Shown one piece after another: positions 11,040-23,296 of a stretch of 64,000 bases of DNA. The number at the start of each line of letters is the position of its first letter. Position 1 is the first letter of the stretch. The notes beneath the pieces were generated by a model. The model saw only the letters and a list, made by a program, of their open reading frames with translations, made no database searches and was not told the DNA's origin. Both the position numbers and the translations under genes were made by a program. The stretch spans positions 1 to 64,000 of the forward strand of contig DF236997.1 in NCBI GenBank assembly GCA_000708835.1, read 5' to 3'. This DNA comes from Klebsormidium nitens (taxonomy: Eukaryota; Plantae; Klebsormidiophyceae).

Positions 11040-11480
11040 TGGTCCCAACTTCTTTTGTTTTTCCACCTCTCATGCTCATTCCAGTTACAACTTTTGCCAA
11101 TCTTTCTTTACCAGCCGTTTCCCAGAGAAGCTTCTCAGCTTCTTCCTTGTTGCATGCACAACCGTTCCTTGTGCGTGCAATGCAACCCCCATTACTTTTT
11201 CTTTGAGTTTCAACGGCTTCCTTTACGTTTGCCTGCAACAACAGATTCCTTTTCATCTCACAATCTAAACCTCTTGTGCTTTTCCAGCCCTCATGCTCAT
11301 CTAGTCAGAACTTCTGCCAAGCATTGTTCACCAATAGCTTTTGCAGTACCTGTCACATGCCAAACTTGCTCATTCCTCTTTACGACACAGGGCATCTTCC
11401 CAGCTTCCTCCTTGTTGCATGCACATTGTTCCCTGTGCATGACACCCCCGTAGTTCTGCTTTGAATTTCGACTGCTTCCT
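11040..11480. repeat. Diverged local tandem duplication (period ~230-265 bp)
   Basis: CCTCTCATGCTCATTCCAG (~11066) vs CCCTCATGCTCATCTAG (~11289); CAGCTTCTTCCTTGTTGCATGCACA (~11136) vs CAGCTTCCTCCTTGTTGCATGCACA (~11401). Confidence 0.65.
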
Positions 11481-13529
11481 TTATTTTTGCTTTCGAAAAT
11501 CCCACGTGGATCCACCACTTGTCCGTTGTAGAACGATCTGAAGTCTCAATGGAGCGGCGCGCACGCGCACCTCGTTCCGGTAATATAGTTTGTGCACCAG
11601 GGCGAGGCGGCTCAAGCAAAAGGTGAGTATGGACCCCATTGCACTGGGGAAAGGCGACAAAGCGCCTGGAAAGATTGCTCAATAGCACGGAACCTTTGCT
11701 GCGGCATTTTTCGAATAATCTTTCTATACAATCTCGAAAACAAGAAGCGCTGAGTGGTAAATTCACAATCGAATCTTGTTTCTCTATTCCCACATGCCAC
11801 AACATAGAATTTGTTGAGAGCCAAGGTTGGTTGCATTGTCCTTTCCAACATTGGCATTCATCGAGCTGTTGTTGCCCGCCAACAAGCAGCTTCTTTGCTT
11901 TGGTGACCCGCATCCGCTCTCTGACAAACCTATTCTTCGCGTCCTTTTAATTTCTTGACTCTTTTATCCCCTTTATCCCGGATTGCTAAACCCCAAAACG
12001 CCTGCGATGTGCGGACCCTGCTCGCCATCCAGCTCCACCGCACCATCTTTGGCGCAACAAGGCGGTCACGAAGTTCGCCATCCTTTCGTCGCTGCTCCCC
12101 ACGCTACAGGTACGTCCAGCGCTCTTTAAGTTTCCACTATCATTGCCCCTTCTAACTAGTTCATGTTACAGGCCTTCATGTGCTTGAAATAATACTTGGT
12201 TTCTTTTCAGCACCTGTTTGAACTACTAAACAGTGTCGAGTTGAAAAAGCAAAAATGAATCTGCATTTCGCGACACAACAAAACGCCAGCCGTTTTTCGA
12301 TACGTGATCATACGATTCTTATACACTTGGAAGTCATCCAAATCTTCCCGCCATACGGCAAGTGTTTCGCGGACGAGCCATAGAGAATCGAGCTTCTCGG
12401 TCGAACAAAATTCTTTGATAGCATTTTACAAGCTTGCATCTTGATCAGTGGTTTTGTAGGGTAAGTGATCTGCTTTCGTTTCTTTTAGGTTTGGATGATG
12501 CGTTAAGAGTGGCGTGCGGATCACTCACCGGGCAGCTTGCAACCAACGCTCTGGTGGATGGGCAATACCGGGCCACATTCCGCTCGGTCAAGAACGAAAG
12601 CGGGATATCAGCCGCTGTCAAAAACGTCAAATTTTGGGTCGGTAAGTGCGTCAAACTTGACAAAGCTGCAGCAAGAAGCTATCCAATATGTGGAATTCCC
12701 ACTCCAATTCTCTATTGAAAGCAGAACCGATCGTTTGAGCTTGCCCCAAAGCTTTCTCTGGCAAGCCGGGCAATCGCCTTGCTCAGGCCATGAAATCGGC
12801 TCAATGTGTCAACCTCGGAGATACCCTTAGCATGTGAGAAATAATAATAACGAGCTTCCCGCTTGTTACCAATAATTGCAGGTATCGTGTGCCTCCACGT
12901 GAGCCTCGTGCTTGCCTATCGGCGCGGAGAAGTGGCGCAAAAGGTCGTCAAGCGGGCAACTCCGTAACTTTCGAGGTTTCGCGTACGCATGACTAGCGCC
13001 GGGCTATATAGTGAGGTTCTAGCTTTTGAAGCCCACAAACAATTTGATCCGTTTAACCCAACGATTTCAATCCATCTCCTTTCCATTGGAGGTCCACCGA
13101 AGTCACTCTTTGGAGTTGTAAGCTTGAGGAGTCAAAGGTCTCGATGTGAATGTACTGTGAATCCCCCGCTTCACTGGACTGAAGCGGTAAAGACTACCGG
13201 TCACCTCCACAACGGTGGATGTTGGAACTCGCGTCACAATTAAACGGACCTGCAGTGCCGGGGACTCAGGTTCGTTGATAAAGCCCTTCGCGAGCCCTCA
13301 CTGAAGGATGCAGTGAAATCACACTAGATTTTAACCCCTTTGAATAGTTGCTCACTTTTAAGGTATAGGTTTTCTTTCTATGTCTAGGTTCCAAAAGCCA
13401 AACCACTTGTTCGATTTTGAATTAAGGAGGTCGAGACCTTCTTATTTAGTTTCCAATGCCCCTTGAAAATGAAAACCCTCACTCCTCGGAAACGTGTTCG
13501 CAATGTACCGGGGGTTGGTGAGCTGGTCG

Positions 13530-13880
13530 AGCAAGCTCTAGCAAACGGTGGCGGCCTCGATTGTAGAGGCGGGGTACATGAGCGCAACGCAAGCGATGAA
13601 GGAGCCGCTGTGGTTTTGCACGAGATCTCGACTTGAACCTCGGGACGTGTTGGATCTATTGCGACAACAAAGGGGCAATACGACTCCTCCAACACCCAAT
13701 CGCTTCACAGCGGTCGAAGCACATCAACATAATTCATCACTCTGCACGAGAGCGCGTGGCATACAAGGAGGTTGATTCGCGTTTTGCAGTACGGAAGACA
13801 TTAAGCGGACATGTTACCAACTTGAAGGCGTTAGCACCTGGGAAGTTCAAGAAGTGCAAGAGTGAGTTAGAGATTGCATA
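13530..13880 (+). mobile_element. Copia RNase H fragment
   Basis: AASIVEAGYMSATQAMKEPLWF; IYCDNKGAIRLLQHPIASQRSKHINIIHHSARERVA. Confidence 0.88.
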
Positions 13881-14267
13881 TGTCATTACAGTGTGTGAGG
13901 GATTGGTGATTCATGAGCGCACTGGGCGCATGGATTCCATTTTGGAAGCGCAAATTGGAGATTGGGCGCTAAAAACGTCGACGGTCGTTCGAATGTAATT
14001 CGAAGCTAGGATTTCGACGGTAAGAACCGAATGACTCATCTCGATAATCGTCGATATGAAGTAGGTTCGATAATAGCCGTCGATGCACGGTATAATTGAA
14101 AATCTTAGATTTACATAGTGAGGCTCCACTGAGCCTACTAAGCTAGAGGGTAGACCCAGAAATAGGTTGTGACTTGGAACACTCCAATACATTGTATGAA
14201 CGTGATCAATTGGATCTAATCTCTAGCAAGGTTGTGTTTCATCAATCATGAAGGATTCGCTCATCCA

Positions 14268-14478
14268 CGATGACGTCGCGGGACGTCAACACCCTGCCAT
14301 CCCACTCACGAAGGACTCGGTTCGATTCGGAGTTGGGCTTGTAGCCCAAATTGCTTCAAGACCAAGACCCGGACCGGCACACTCTCGCAACGTGCCCAAC
14401 TTACCAAACTTATAAAAGCCTTCTTAGGGCCGCTTTGTGCGCAGTGATTCGGCTGACTATAATCACCCAATTCTAACA
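14268..14478 (-). mobile_element. Copia debris: integrase C-terminal (SH3-like) fragment plus ~33 bp of a family-1-like LTR 5' end
   Basis: Minus frame LGYKPNSESNRVLREWDGRVLTSRDVIVDE (~14268-14360). TGTTAGAATTGGGTGATTATAGTCAGCCGAAT begins at 14478. Confidence 0.7.
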
Positions 14479-14479
14479 T

Positions 14480-17100
14480 ATCCTTGGGAACCCCCGTTCC
14501 ACTTCGCCTACTCCGTCCCCCCTGACCATTCTCCTGGTATTGCATATTGAGCACTCCTCGGCCAATGACTCGCGCTGCCAATTGAGCAAGTACCCTTACA
14601 GGTTCTCGACCTTCCCAAATGACCATTTGGCTCCCCTGCTCGTCCGTGCTTGTTGTACATTGCCGAGCTACGGGTGATCAAGATGGCTTTACTTTAATGG
14701 CTGCTTTTGCCCGTCATAGTTTTCCTCGATGAGTCGAACATGAGCCTCGAATTTGGAGCGCCCCCCTTTCCGGCAACTCCAATAGTGGGTACCAAAAACC
14801 ATCTCGGTACCGGACCCCGTCCGGCCCCCATGTGTCCTCATCTGGCCCGTACTTCGGGTGGCCTTTCGTTCCCGGCAGCAACCCCTCACGAACGTCCCAT
14901 CGCTCTCCAAATCGGCTTCGGCGCTTTCCATTTCGCCGCTCTCCAAGTCATCACTCTCCGCTCCGACCTCTCATTCCTTTAGCGCTTTTCCGCACCACTC
15001 AAGCTGGCAGTATTTCCCTTGGTACCTTTTCCGCCACCCTAAAACTCCCTTGCCGCAGTTAGTTCGGTGGACTGGTTGCCAGCAGCCTTGCGGCTTGACC
15101 GCCGCTTTGCACGGTTGCCCTACGGCTCTTGCCATGCTCCGGTTGATGCTCATGAATGTCTCTGCGAGCTCCTCCTTAGATTGTCATGTGCGTTGTTCTC
15201 CACGCTTCCTTCCAAGAACGTCCCCGCACCCTCTCTGGGTGGTTGCAAACTCAGTGGCTCCTGGCTCTCTTCCGCGTTGTCTCTAGCTTCTTGTCCGGCC
15301 GGTCCTTTCAACTTTGGCTGCGTCCTTGGCTTCTCCTTTGGCCCCTCCTGCGACTCCCGCACCCGAATTGCCGCCTTTGTTGGCCCTTTGCCGGCCGGAC
15401 CACAAGGCGCACTCAATTTCCCATCGCTCCTCTCCTCTGGCATGCTCCCCTTGCCTCCGTGCGTTATTTGACTTCCGCCAACGCTCGCTTCCCATCCGCT
15501 TCGCCATCACCGGCCCCATCAGCAGATATTGGCACGAAACATGAGGGTCCGGAACGGTTCACTTTTCACCGCTGTTGAAACGCCCGCCGAAGGTCCGTCC
15601 CATAGTACGTCGCCGCTACGCCACCGGTCACGCGATAGCTCTACCACTGGCCCACACCTCCCAAGCTCGCGCGCCAACTCGTCGTTCGGATCATGGCCCG
15701 CCTGCACCACTTGCAATTTTCCCCGGGCTCCCACCAACCGATCGACCATCTCCGTGAAGTCGGGCCGCTGGTCTTTGACATCTTCTTGGCGGCCCACGTT
15801 TCTTGAATATTCCATGCACGATCTCGCCCACACGCTTCAGCGCCTTGACCACGTACTCGTTCCACACACGCTCGCCCTCGTCTCTCCCCGTCTGCCTCGA
15901 CTCTTCAAGCGCTTGGAGAGCCCGATGCTTGAGCAACTCGAACGCATGGTAGACGGTTGAGGTAGTCGTGGAGCTCGTCATCACCAAAGTCCTCCCACGG
16001 CGTTGGCCTTCTTCCCGGCCGCTTCTGATGCCAATTCGGCGTCACCATCGCTTCGCAGTACGGGTCCCGTGGATGGGCCCGCTCGAAGTTCCCTAAAACT
16101 TGGCCATATGGCTCTCCATCTCACTCCGGCCCCGTACTTTAAAATTCAGCGAGTAAACCCAAAATTTGGGCATCCTTGGAATGCGCTCGCATGAAGCCTC
16201 CGTCAGAGCAACTTCCACTCCAACGGGTTCTTCCCCTCTCCCTGGCTCTTGGCACTTTCACCTCCAGAACCTGCACTTACCACCATCTCCAGCCCGGCCC
16301 TTTGGCGCTTCCTCTTGCGTGCTAGCTCCCGCCGGCTGAACCTTTGCGCGTTGCACTTGATTCGTGTGTTCCGCCGGCGGTGGTTCCGCCTTTTGCTTGT
16401 GGGTCCCCACGCCCAGCAGCACATCCTCGGTCTTGGCACTCAGTGAAACCCCTTTTCCGTTGAAGCCTTCTATGACTTCAGCCGACGCATACTGACACCG
16501 TTTCTGCCGTTGCGCCCCACGCCAAGTCCATTGGTGCTTCCCGCGTCGCTACTACCGCCGCGCTTTGCACCTTCGTTTTTGTGCTCCGCGGGGTCTCCGC
16601 CACCTCCGCGTTACGCCGCTGCTAGTGCTTCCTGCACCCCTTCCGCTCATGCAACTTGCGCTCCTTCGGCTGCTGGCACGGACCGCGCCTCCGCTCAGCG
16701 GCGCATCTTGCACCCTTGCAGCCGCCGGCACGTGCCTTGCGCACCTTCTTCCGACGTGCGTCTTCACTCACCTTCCCCGCCTGCAACGAGCTCCATCACT
16801 TCGCTCAGCTCTGGCGCCACCCCTATGACGCCCGGAGTCCACACCATTGAGTGCGGCTTCTTCCGAGCACCACCCTTTAGTTCATTGGCGCTTGCTTCTT
16901 GCGCGGCGTACGCCTCTCCGGAGTCTTCCTCTTTTGCGTGCACGATATCCTTCGACGCCACACTCTTTGTGTCAGACTCCTTGAACGCACTCTCCGCGTC
17001 TGAGATTATATGTCTATATCGGTCACATCTGATGACGTTATTGTCTTCTTGCAACTTTGGGGATCACATTGCATTGTTGGTGGCAACATGTGACCTTCTT
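14480..17100 (-). pseudogene. Unidentified decayed coding-like sequence (TE ORF or pseudogene)
   Basis: Purine-rich minus-strand frames with protein-like stretches broken by stops and frameshifts (EGERVWNEYVVKALKRVGEIVHGIF; PDFTEMVDRLVGARGKLQVV; AESAFKESDTKSVASKDIVHAKEED). No recognised domain. Confidence 0.3.
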
Positions 17101-18061
17101 AACGTGCACATGTGCACAATGAAGTAATATAGGATTGAGCCATTATAAATACAAAACAAATCCGTCTTCAACCTGAGCCCCTATTGACAAAGCTTTTGCT
17201 CATGAATTGGCATTCCGTTGATAAAAGGTCCGGTCTGTATTGCCAGCATGCTCCGATTACAATTTGGCACGTATGAACCTACAAAGTCCTCAGGGACATT
17301 GAATAAAAGTCTCATCATAACCCGTTGGTGACCTCATGCAGTACAGATGCGCATGGTCGGACGAGAGACCCAAAACGATGCACAACTTTGTAGACATCAA
17401 TGATCCACAAGAACAAAGAAGACCAAGTGTAGCGGTATTTGCGTTAAGTCTACATTTGCAAAGTGCCGAGTCCACCAGAGCACACTCGCCATTATGCCAC
17501 CTCGTGGTAGTCATATGCACAGCCTACGAATTGTTATCACTTACCTTCCAATCATTTGCATGACATCGTAATTTCCGAGATGCTTGTTTCCCATAGAGTA
17601 AGAATCTAGACATCGGACATGACTTGCAGCGGTAGCAAGCTGCGGAGTGAACTCATTGTATCCCGGTCTCTCGAATGCTCAGCGTAGCTCAAGGTTTATA
17701 ACAAGTGACCATGTCAGCGGCACCGCATACATGGTCAACTACTCTTGCATGTCACACTGACATTATCAAAATATACATAACTTTTTGCCTTTTGAGGAAC
17801 TTGATGTGGAACACATATGGGGATTTGTGTTGGCTTTGGGCAATAACGCTCACTATATCAGAACTTATTACAACATTAAACATGCCACAGGCACTAAACT
17901 ACATGGCAAGATATGTAGGAACTCTGGTCAACATATACAATTTGTCCGACAAGGTCTTGACTATGCTTACAATTGCATGGTAATTGTTGCTTATTGTCAG
18001 CCTTCAACTCAGTACTCAAGCCAACATACAAAATTGCGCAATCTGTGAACAACCATTTCAA

Positions 18062-21000
18062 TCAAATGGCCCCAATCGCTTTGCTCAGCAACGCCAAAAC
18101 AGCAACAATGATGCTGATGACAACGAAAGGGTTTGTTCCTCCAGCAACCGGAGTGTCCGGGCTGCCTCCGAAGCCAAGGTACTCCTTCCGGATTTTCTCC
18201 TTCATCTCGGGAGACAGATCAGACTGCACCCACCGGCAAAGAAGGTGAGCGTGTATCCCATGTCTGTTGGAGATATTGCCACAAAGCCGATGGGAAGGGG
18301 TGGCAGGAGTGAGATTATTGAGCTCAGCAGACATGAGACATGTGCAGATTTTGGAAACTGTCTGGTGTTTACCTTGCTTGTCTTGGCGGACGCTTCGGAG
18401 TAGTAGTCCTTTGCGGAGAAGGCGACGGGGCCGTTGCTGCCGTTGTTGCTTGCGGCGGGGGTGGGGCTGACGGCCTGGGCATCCAGGACGATGCCCTACG
18501 CAGCACACAGAGCAGCGCACGACTGAGCCAGCCCCCACCGTGAATGGGGCAAGCGTACGTGGCAGCCCTACAGGGGGCTGCCGGGCTTCTCATGTGGACA
18601 AAGAGGCTCTTGCACGTGACCAGCCACGACAATGGCACCCGCCATCGAGCACATACTGTTGCGCACAGCAGGTATGCGTACTGGGGGAAACATGCAGAGG
18701 GGAAGGCCACCCGCGAGCTCAGCCCGGGGCAAGAGCTGCCGCATGCACTGGACTTGGAGTGGGGGAGGGGCTCACCTCGGGCGGGTCGAACTTGGACCCC
18801 AGCTCGCTGAGCCTCTTGTGCGCGAGCACGTAGTCCTTGAAGAACAGCTCCTCGTCCTCGGCGTACTTCTCCGCGTACTCCTGCAGCACAGGCACGTACC
18901 AGCTCAGATAAGCAGCCAAAAATACAAAAGTCCACCACAGGCAGCAACACCGGTGTCCAGAAAAAGGCAGACGCCGTGGCACGTGAGTACAGGGCCGGGC
19001 CTGGTGTGGGGCCACCGCGCGCTCACCCGGAAGGCGGGGTCCTGGAAGAGGACGCCGTCGGTGGAGAGGACGACCAGGTCCGGGTCGGTGCGCGCCTTCA
19101 CGTCCTGCACGCACACAGCCACCAGCTACGCTGCAGCCACGCCGCAAGGGACGCACAGAGAGACGGCCCCACAAAGAGGAGGCGGCTGCGCGTACAGTGC
19201 ACCTTCGAAGCACTGCACAGACTCGCGCTCAAGAAGCAAGATGATGAGACGCAACAGAGGCCGAGATCAAGTCGACTACCAGTCCTGCAAGAACGGGGCG
19301 TATGGCACGTTTTCACGCGGGAGCTTCGCGTGCAGGCCTTGGCAGACGGAGGAGGCTGACCTTGAAGTAGCTGTTGTCGAACTTGAGCCACTCCGCGGTC
19401 CACGACTGGCCGCCCTTGGTGCCGGGGCCGTTCTCCTGCACAGCGCGGCAGCGGAACACCTCAGACGGACGGGACGAGCAGTCCACAACGGAGCTCACCA
19501 AGCAAGACTCGTCCCATTGGGTAAGTGCATCTGCCCGCGGTGTGTGCTGCTGCGTGCGTGCGCGTGCTCACCGTGTACTTGGTGCTGGCCTTGCCGAAGC
19601 CGCTGCGGTCGGGGTACACGCGGCCCAGGGTGTGCGCGCCAGACAGCGCCACAATCTCCTGCACGCACAGCCATGCGCAGACAGCAGACAGCGGTGAGAG
19701 CGGCACATGGGGCAGGGGCGACGGGGCGAGCATGGGGCCACGAGCTGGACATGTCTCCTCATGACGAGCCTCCGAGCTGGCTTTGCCAGGGAACCAGCAA
19801 GAATCAACAGGGCTGACCCTCCGTGAACCTTCGCAAACCTCTAGCTGCACAATCGACTTGCTGCGAATCTGCACATCTAAGTGACTAAACCTCAGTATTT
19901 CTCCTCTAGCTTTTCGTTCTGCAGGATGTTCTGACCTACTTTTGTACCTTTAAGTGCAGTAGCCAGCATGTGAGACAACGACAACAGGCGCGGTCTGAAG
20001 GCGCCTGATCTTAAAGTCCATGGAACGATATTGACAAGGCCGTGTCCCTTGCGACATCCCCGAACAAGGTACAAAGCATCGAAACGCAAACAAAGGTTCG
20101 AAACGCATTGCGCTTGATTGAATAGTCCGGGATTGTATTCAAGAAGACGAAAGCTGGCCCTTTCCTTGCACAGCTATAGCCATATTGCCCGAGTCATAGA
20201 TAAATTGGGGCCTCTTGTTGGAACTTGCGGGATTTTGGGTCAACTTCAATAAACCGCTTCCCTTGCCGCCTGCCTCACCTTGTCGTTGAGGCCCATGCGG
20301 TAGAACACCTTGCGCAGGTGGTCTGCGGGCGACTGCTTGTGCGTGCTCTCCGGGTCCCCGGACGGCAGCTTGCCATCCACCACGCAATCGTCCTTCTCCG
20401 CCGCATCAACGCGGCCGTACTTGAGCGGGATCACTGGGCCGCCTGCAAGGGGAGGCGGAGGCAGGCTCACAAGCTGACCCATCGTGCATCAGGGAGTCGC
20501 AGTGTGGGGAGCAGGTGGGGTATTCATACAAGCACCATGAACCAGAACAGAGGTGCCAGGTGTCACGCAGGGAGGCCAGGTTGCGCCTCCTTCTGCTTGC
20601 TCACCTGCGATCTCTATCGCGACCGCGCTGGCCATCTGGTACAGATCTGCGTGGGACACTTGGGGGAAGCGCTGCTTGATGTCCTCCAGCAGCAGCACTG
20701 CGTTGGCCAGCCCAGCATTGGCGCTGTGGCTCTGCTCCGGCTTAAAGCGCATGCTGCCGTTGGCGCCGCCGCACTTGGGCCACGCCGCCATGCCCTGCTC
20801 TGCGTCGTACGTACCAGCGTCATGCCAGCCGAGGCGCACCTGCACAATAGCTGTTGGACTGAGGAGAAAGCATGAAAAGAAACATGGAGACGCATAGCAG
20901 ACACATTCTTGACTTTTGCGAATGAACAGCCCATTGACCAGGGAATGAATCATGCCAATGGCAAATACTCAGATCTTGACTCGTTACTTGATGCCTGTCA

Positions 21001-21685
21001 CCAGTCTGCCCCGCTCTTTGTGAATCCACTTAGCATCTCGCAGCTGTGGCGGCTGGCTGGGCGTGGCGCTGACCAGGATGGGGTTGGACTTCTTGCTGGT
21101 GATCAGCTCGCGCACCGCCTCCTTGGCCCCGCGCAGCTGCGCCACATACTCCTTGGTGTCCACCGCCGTGCCCGCCACCATGGCCACGCGCGCGCCGCCA
21201 CCGGCCGCCACACGGCCCACGCTGGCCACTCCCTGCCAACACAAGGAAGCGCACAATGAGGGAAGTAAGCCCGGGGGCGCCACACGCATCCCATAAATCC
21301 AAGATCAGGAAAGGCAGCATGGGTTTGCACTGCTGCACAGATGGCCCATGCGCTGCATTGCAATTGACTCCAGCCCAACGCAGACAGTGCTTCTGCCGCT
21401 GCATGCATGCAGCCAGAGTCAGGCGCCCATTCCTTTGAGAGTCTGCGCGAACAGGCTGTGCAAGGGGCGAGGTGCAGATCATCGAACCTGCGCGGCTGCC
21501 CCTCCCAAGAAGCTGGTGCCCAGCGCAATGCTGGGGGCGCAGAACAACATGGCCTTGCGGGTGGGCCCTCTTGAGAGGCGCACGGGCATTGCGAGGCAGC
21601 GGTGCATCGACTGCTCCACCGCGGACAGCATGTGGACACTGCCCGCGGAGCATAGCTGCTTGGACAACGAAGCAACGCCCGCCAT
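18062..21685 (-). CDS. tAPX: Chloroplast L-ascorbate peroxidase, thylakoid-bound type (multi-exon)
   Basis: Transit-peptide-like exon 1 (ATG 21685). Distal [10 protein letters not shown], proximal SGAHTLGR, plastid-type insert [32 protein letters not shown]-terminal [20 protein letters not shown] plus TM anchor [18 protein letters not shown] introns checked at both ends. Confidence 0.95.
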
Positions 21686-22390
21686 GGTGAACGACAATAG
21701 GTACTGGTGCCTACTTAGCTGCGGTTACGTAGAGCTCTCTGCGCAGACAGCAGCATCTAGGGTACCTACCTGTTCAGAGTTCAGACCTCTGAATCTGAGT
21801 CAGGATGTTCAGAGGCCCAGGTCGCTCGCGGCCGCTCGAGCTCAGTTTTCACTTAAAGCCTTATATCAAACTACGCGCGCATGTTGTGCCTCTTTTACTC
21901 TACGGTAATAACCGGTATGCCCTCCTATGTACGGTATATCCTTTCAACTTTGAAACGAGAAACTACTGTAATATGCTGGTGAGTACAGTAAGCGCGGACT
22001 GTTCCGGCACAACCGCCGTTCGGCGTTGCGAAGAACGGCCTTCATACACGCAAATAGGGGTTGACTTGAACAATGCCGCAAAATTATCGACGTAGAAAAC
22101 GGTAAGAGCAATGCTCAAATATATGTGACGAAGCCAATATTAAGGCATAGATTGGGTAGCATATGCAACTGATGTTTCTGCGCTGCGTCCGGTGCACGTC
22201 TGCCGGGCAGGGAAGCTGAGCTAGCTGCTGTTGTGATAGGTACCTACTGCCTAGGAGAATCTCTGTGAAGGCGCCAGGACGACCTTGAGCAAATCAAATC
22301 TGGGCAAACCTAGCTGACTGCTTCTTTCAAGAGCACCACTTGTCCAGGCGGGAGCTTGCCTGGGTGGAGCCACCAACCAGCACAAAGATC

Positions 22391-23296
22391 ATGGGTGGCG
22401 GTAATGCCCAGAAGTCCAAAACTGCGCGGGAGAGAAACCTGGCTAAGAAGGCGGCGGAGGGCAAAGGTAGTGGCCGTTGCCTGATCGACTTCTGCTTGGT
22501 TCTGACGGCACTAGGGGTCTGCAGTAACACATGGGCCGCAAGATGAGTGCAGCCTTCAGGCTGAGAAAGAAGCAGCAGTAGAAAGCCCTCTATCATTCTA
22601 GGGATGCTTCTGTTTGTTGCCGTGGTGCGCTTAACCTGTATAAGCAGATCTGTTCCTCGACCGCGGTGCGAGTCTCTCGAGAATGAGTTTGATGCTTTCT
22701 CAGATCTCTCCGCCGTATAGATCGAAGCCTGGAGCCTGCAGTCCCGGTCAGGTTGGCCAGCTTGTGGCACTGGCGCAGGGGGTTCACTGGCACAGCTGAT
22801 GGCCACCAGGGAGTCCTACATGACTGGGATGCTACTGTCAGTGAAGCTTGGGGGTAGAAGCCTGTAGTTGCTGACGTTGTTGCCCATGCCGCGCTGTGCA
22901 GGTAGCCAGCTGAAGGACAACGCCAAGGCCATGACCATCCAGGTGAGCCGGTCCGCTGCGCTGCCCCGAACATGCTGGCCATCGCTCTTGGCTTTGATAG
23001 TGTTGTACTCGCCTTTCCTTTGGTTGCAGGGCACAGCAACTTGCAACAGAGTGTTTGTGGTGGAACTGATGAGCTGAGTTTTAGCTGGCTGTGGACCCTT
23101 TATGGATCCAGGCCTGAGTGTCTACCGGGGCCAGCGTGACGGAATGCTAACCTTGTTTTCCCCATCCTTGCAGTGCAAAATTTGTATGCAAACATTCATG
23201 TGCACAATGAGTGAGGCAAAATGTAAAGAACACGCAGATAATAGGCATCCAAAGAACACACTAGTTCAGTGCTTTCCACATCTCCAAAGCACATGA
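22391..23296 (+). CDS. Small 4F5/SERF-like plus C2H2 zinc-finger protein (At2g23090/ZNF706-like), 3 exons
   Basis: MGGGNAQKSKTARERNLAKKAAEGK-GSQLKDNAKAMTIQ-CKICMQTF...EHADNRHPK...CFPHLQST*. Exon phases are compatible. Confidence 0.92.

Larger units (their letters stand above)
1..13520 (+). pseudogene. Unidentified degenerate, apparently spliced coding-like DNA (segments 1-1609, 5439-6941, 10959-~13520) that hosts the two LTR insertions
   Basis: Plus-strand Pro/Ser/Ala/Val-rich frames with in-frame stops (e.g. PVLPVQPTSVLVPTAAPIAVALSSPAVPPASS*PSVSPP at ~870-1000). Recurrent splice-like signals: tttcag| ~169, ggcag|gtaat ~1177, gcag|gtatgt ~6432, ctacag|gtac ~12109, ttttcag| ~12210, gg|gtaag ~12461. 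No domain recognised. Confidence 0.25.

Noticed and set aside
13890-14190. Possible 3' LTR after the RNase H fragment
   Set aside because: No clear TG...CA boundaries, second copy or TSD could be established.
21936-21944. ATATCCTTT, a U12-type 5' splice-site look-alike
   Set aside because: Intergenic position with no exon upstream and no matching U12 branch site or AC acceptor.
22540-22660. GCTGAGAAAG and AACCTG in an intron, resembling a TPP riboswitch
   Set aside because: The conserved 3' core (CCTGA..GGNTAATNCCNGCGNAGGGA) is missing, and the host gene is unrelated to thiamine.
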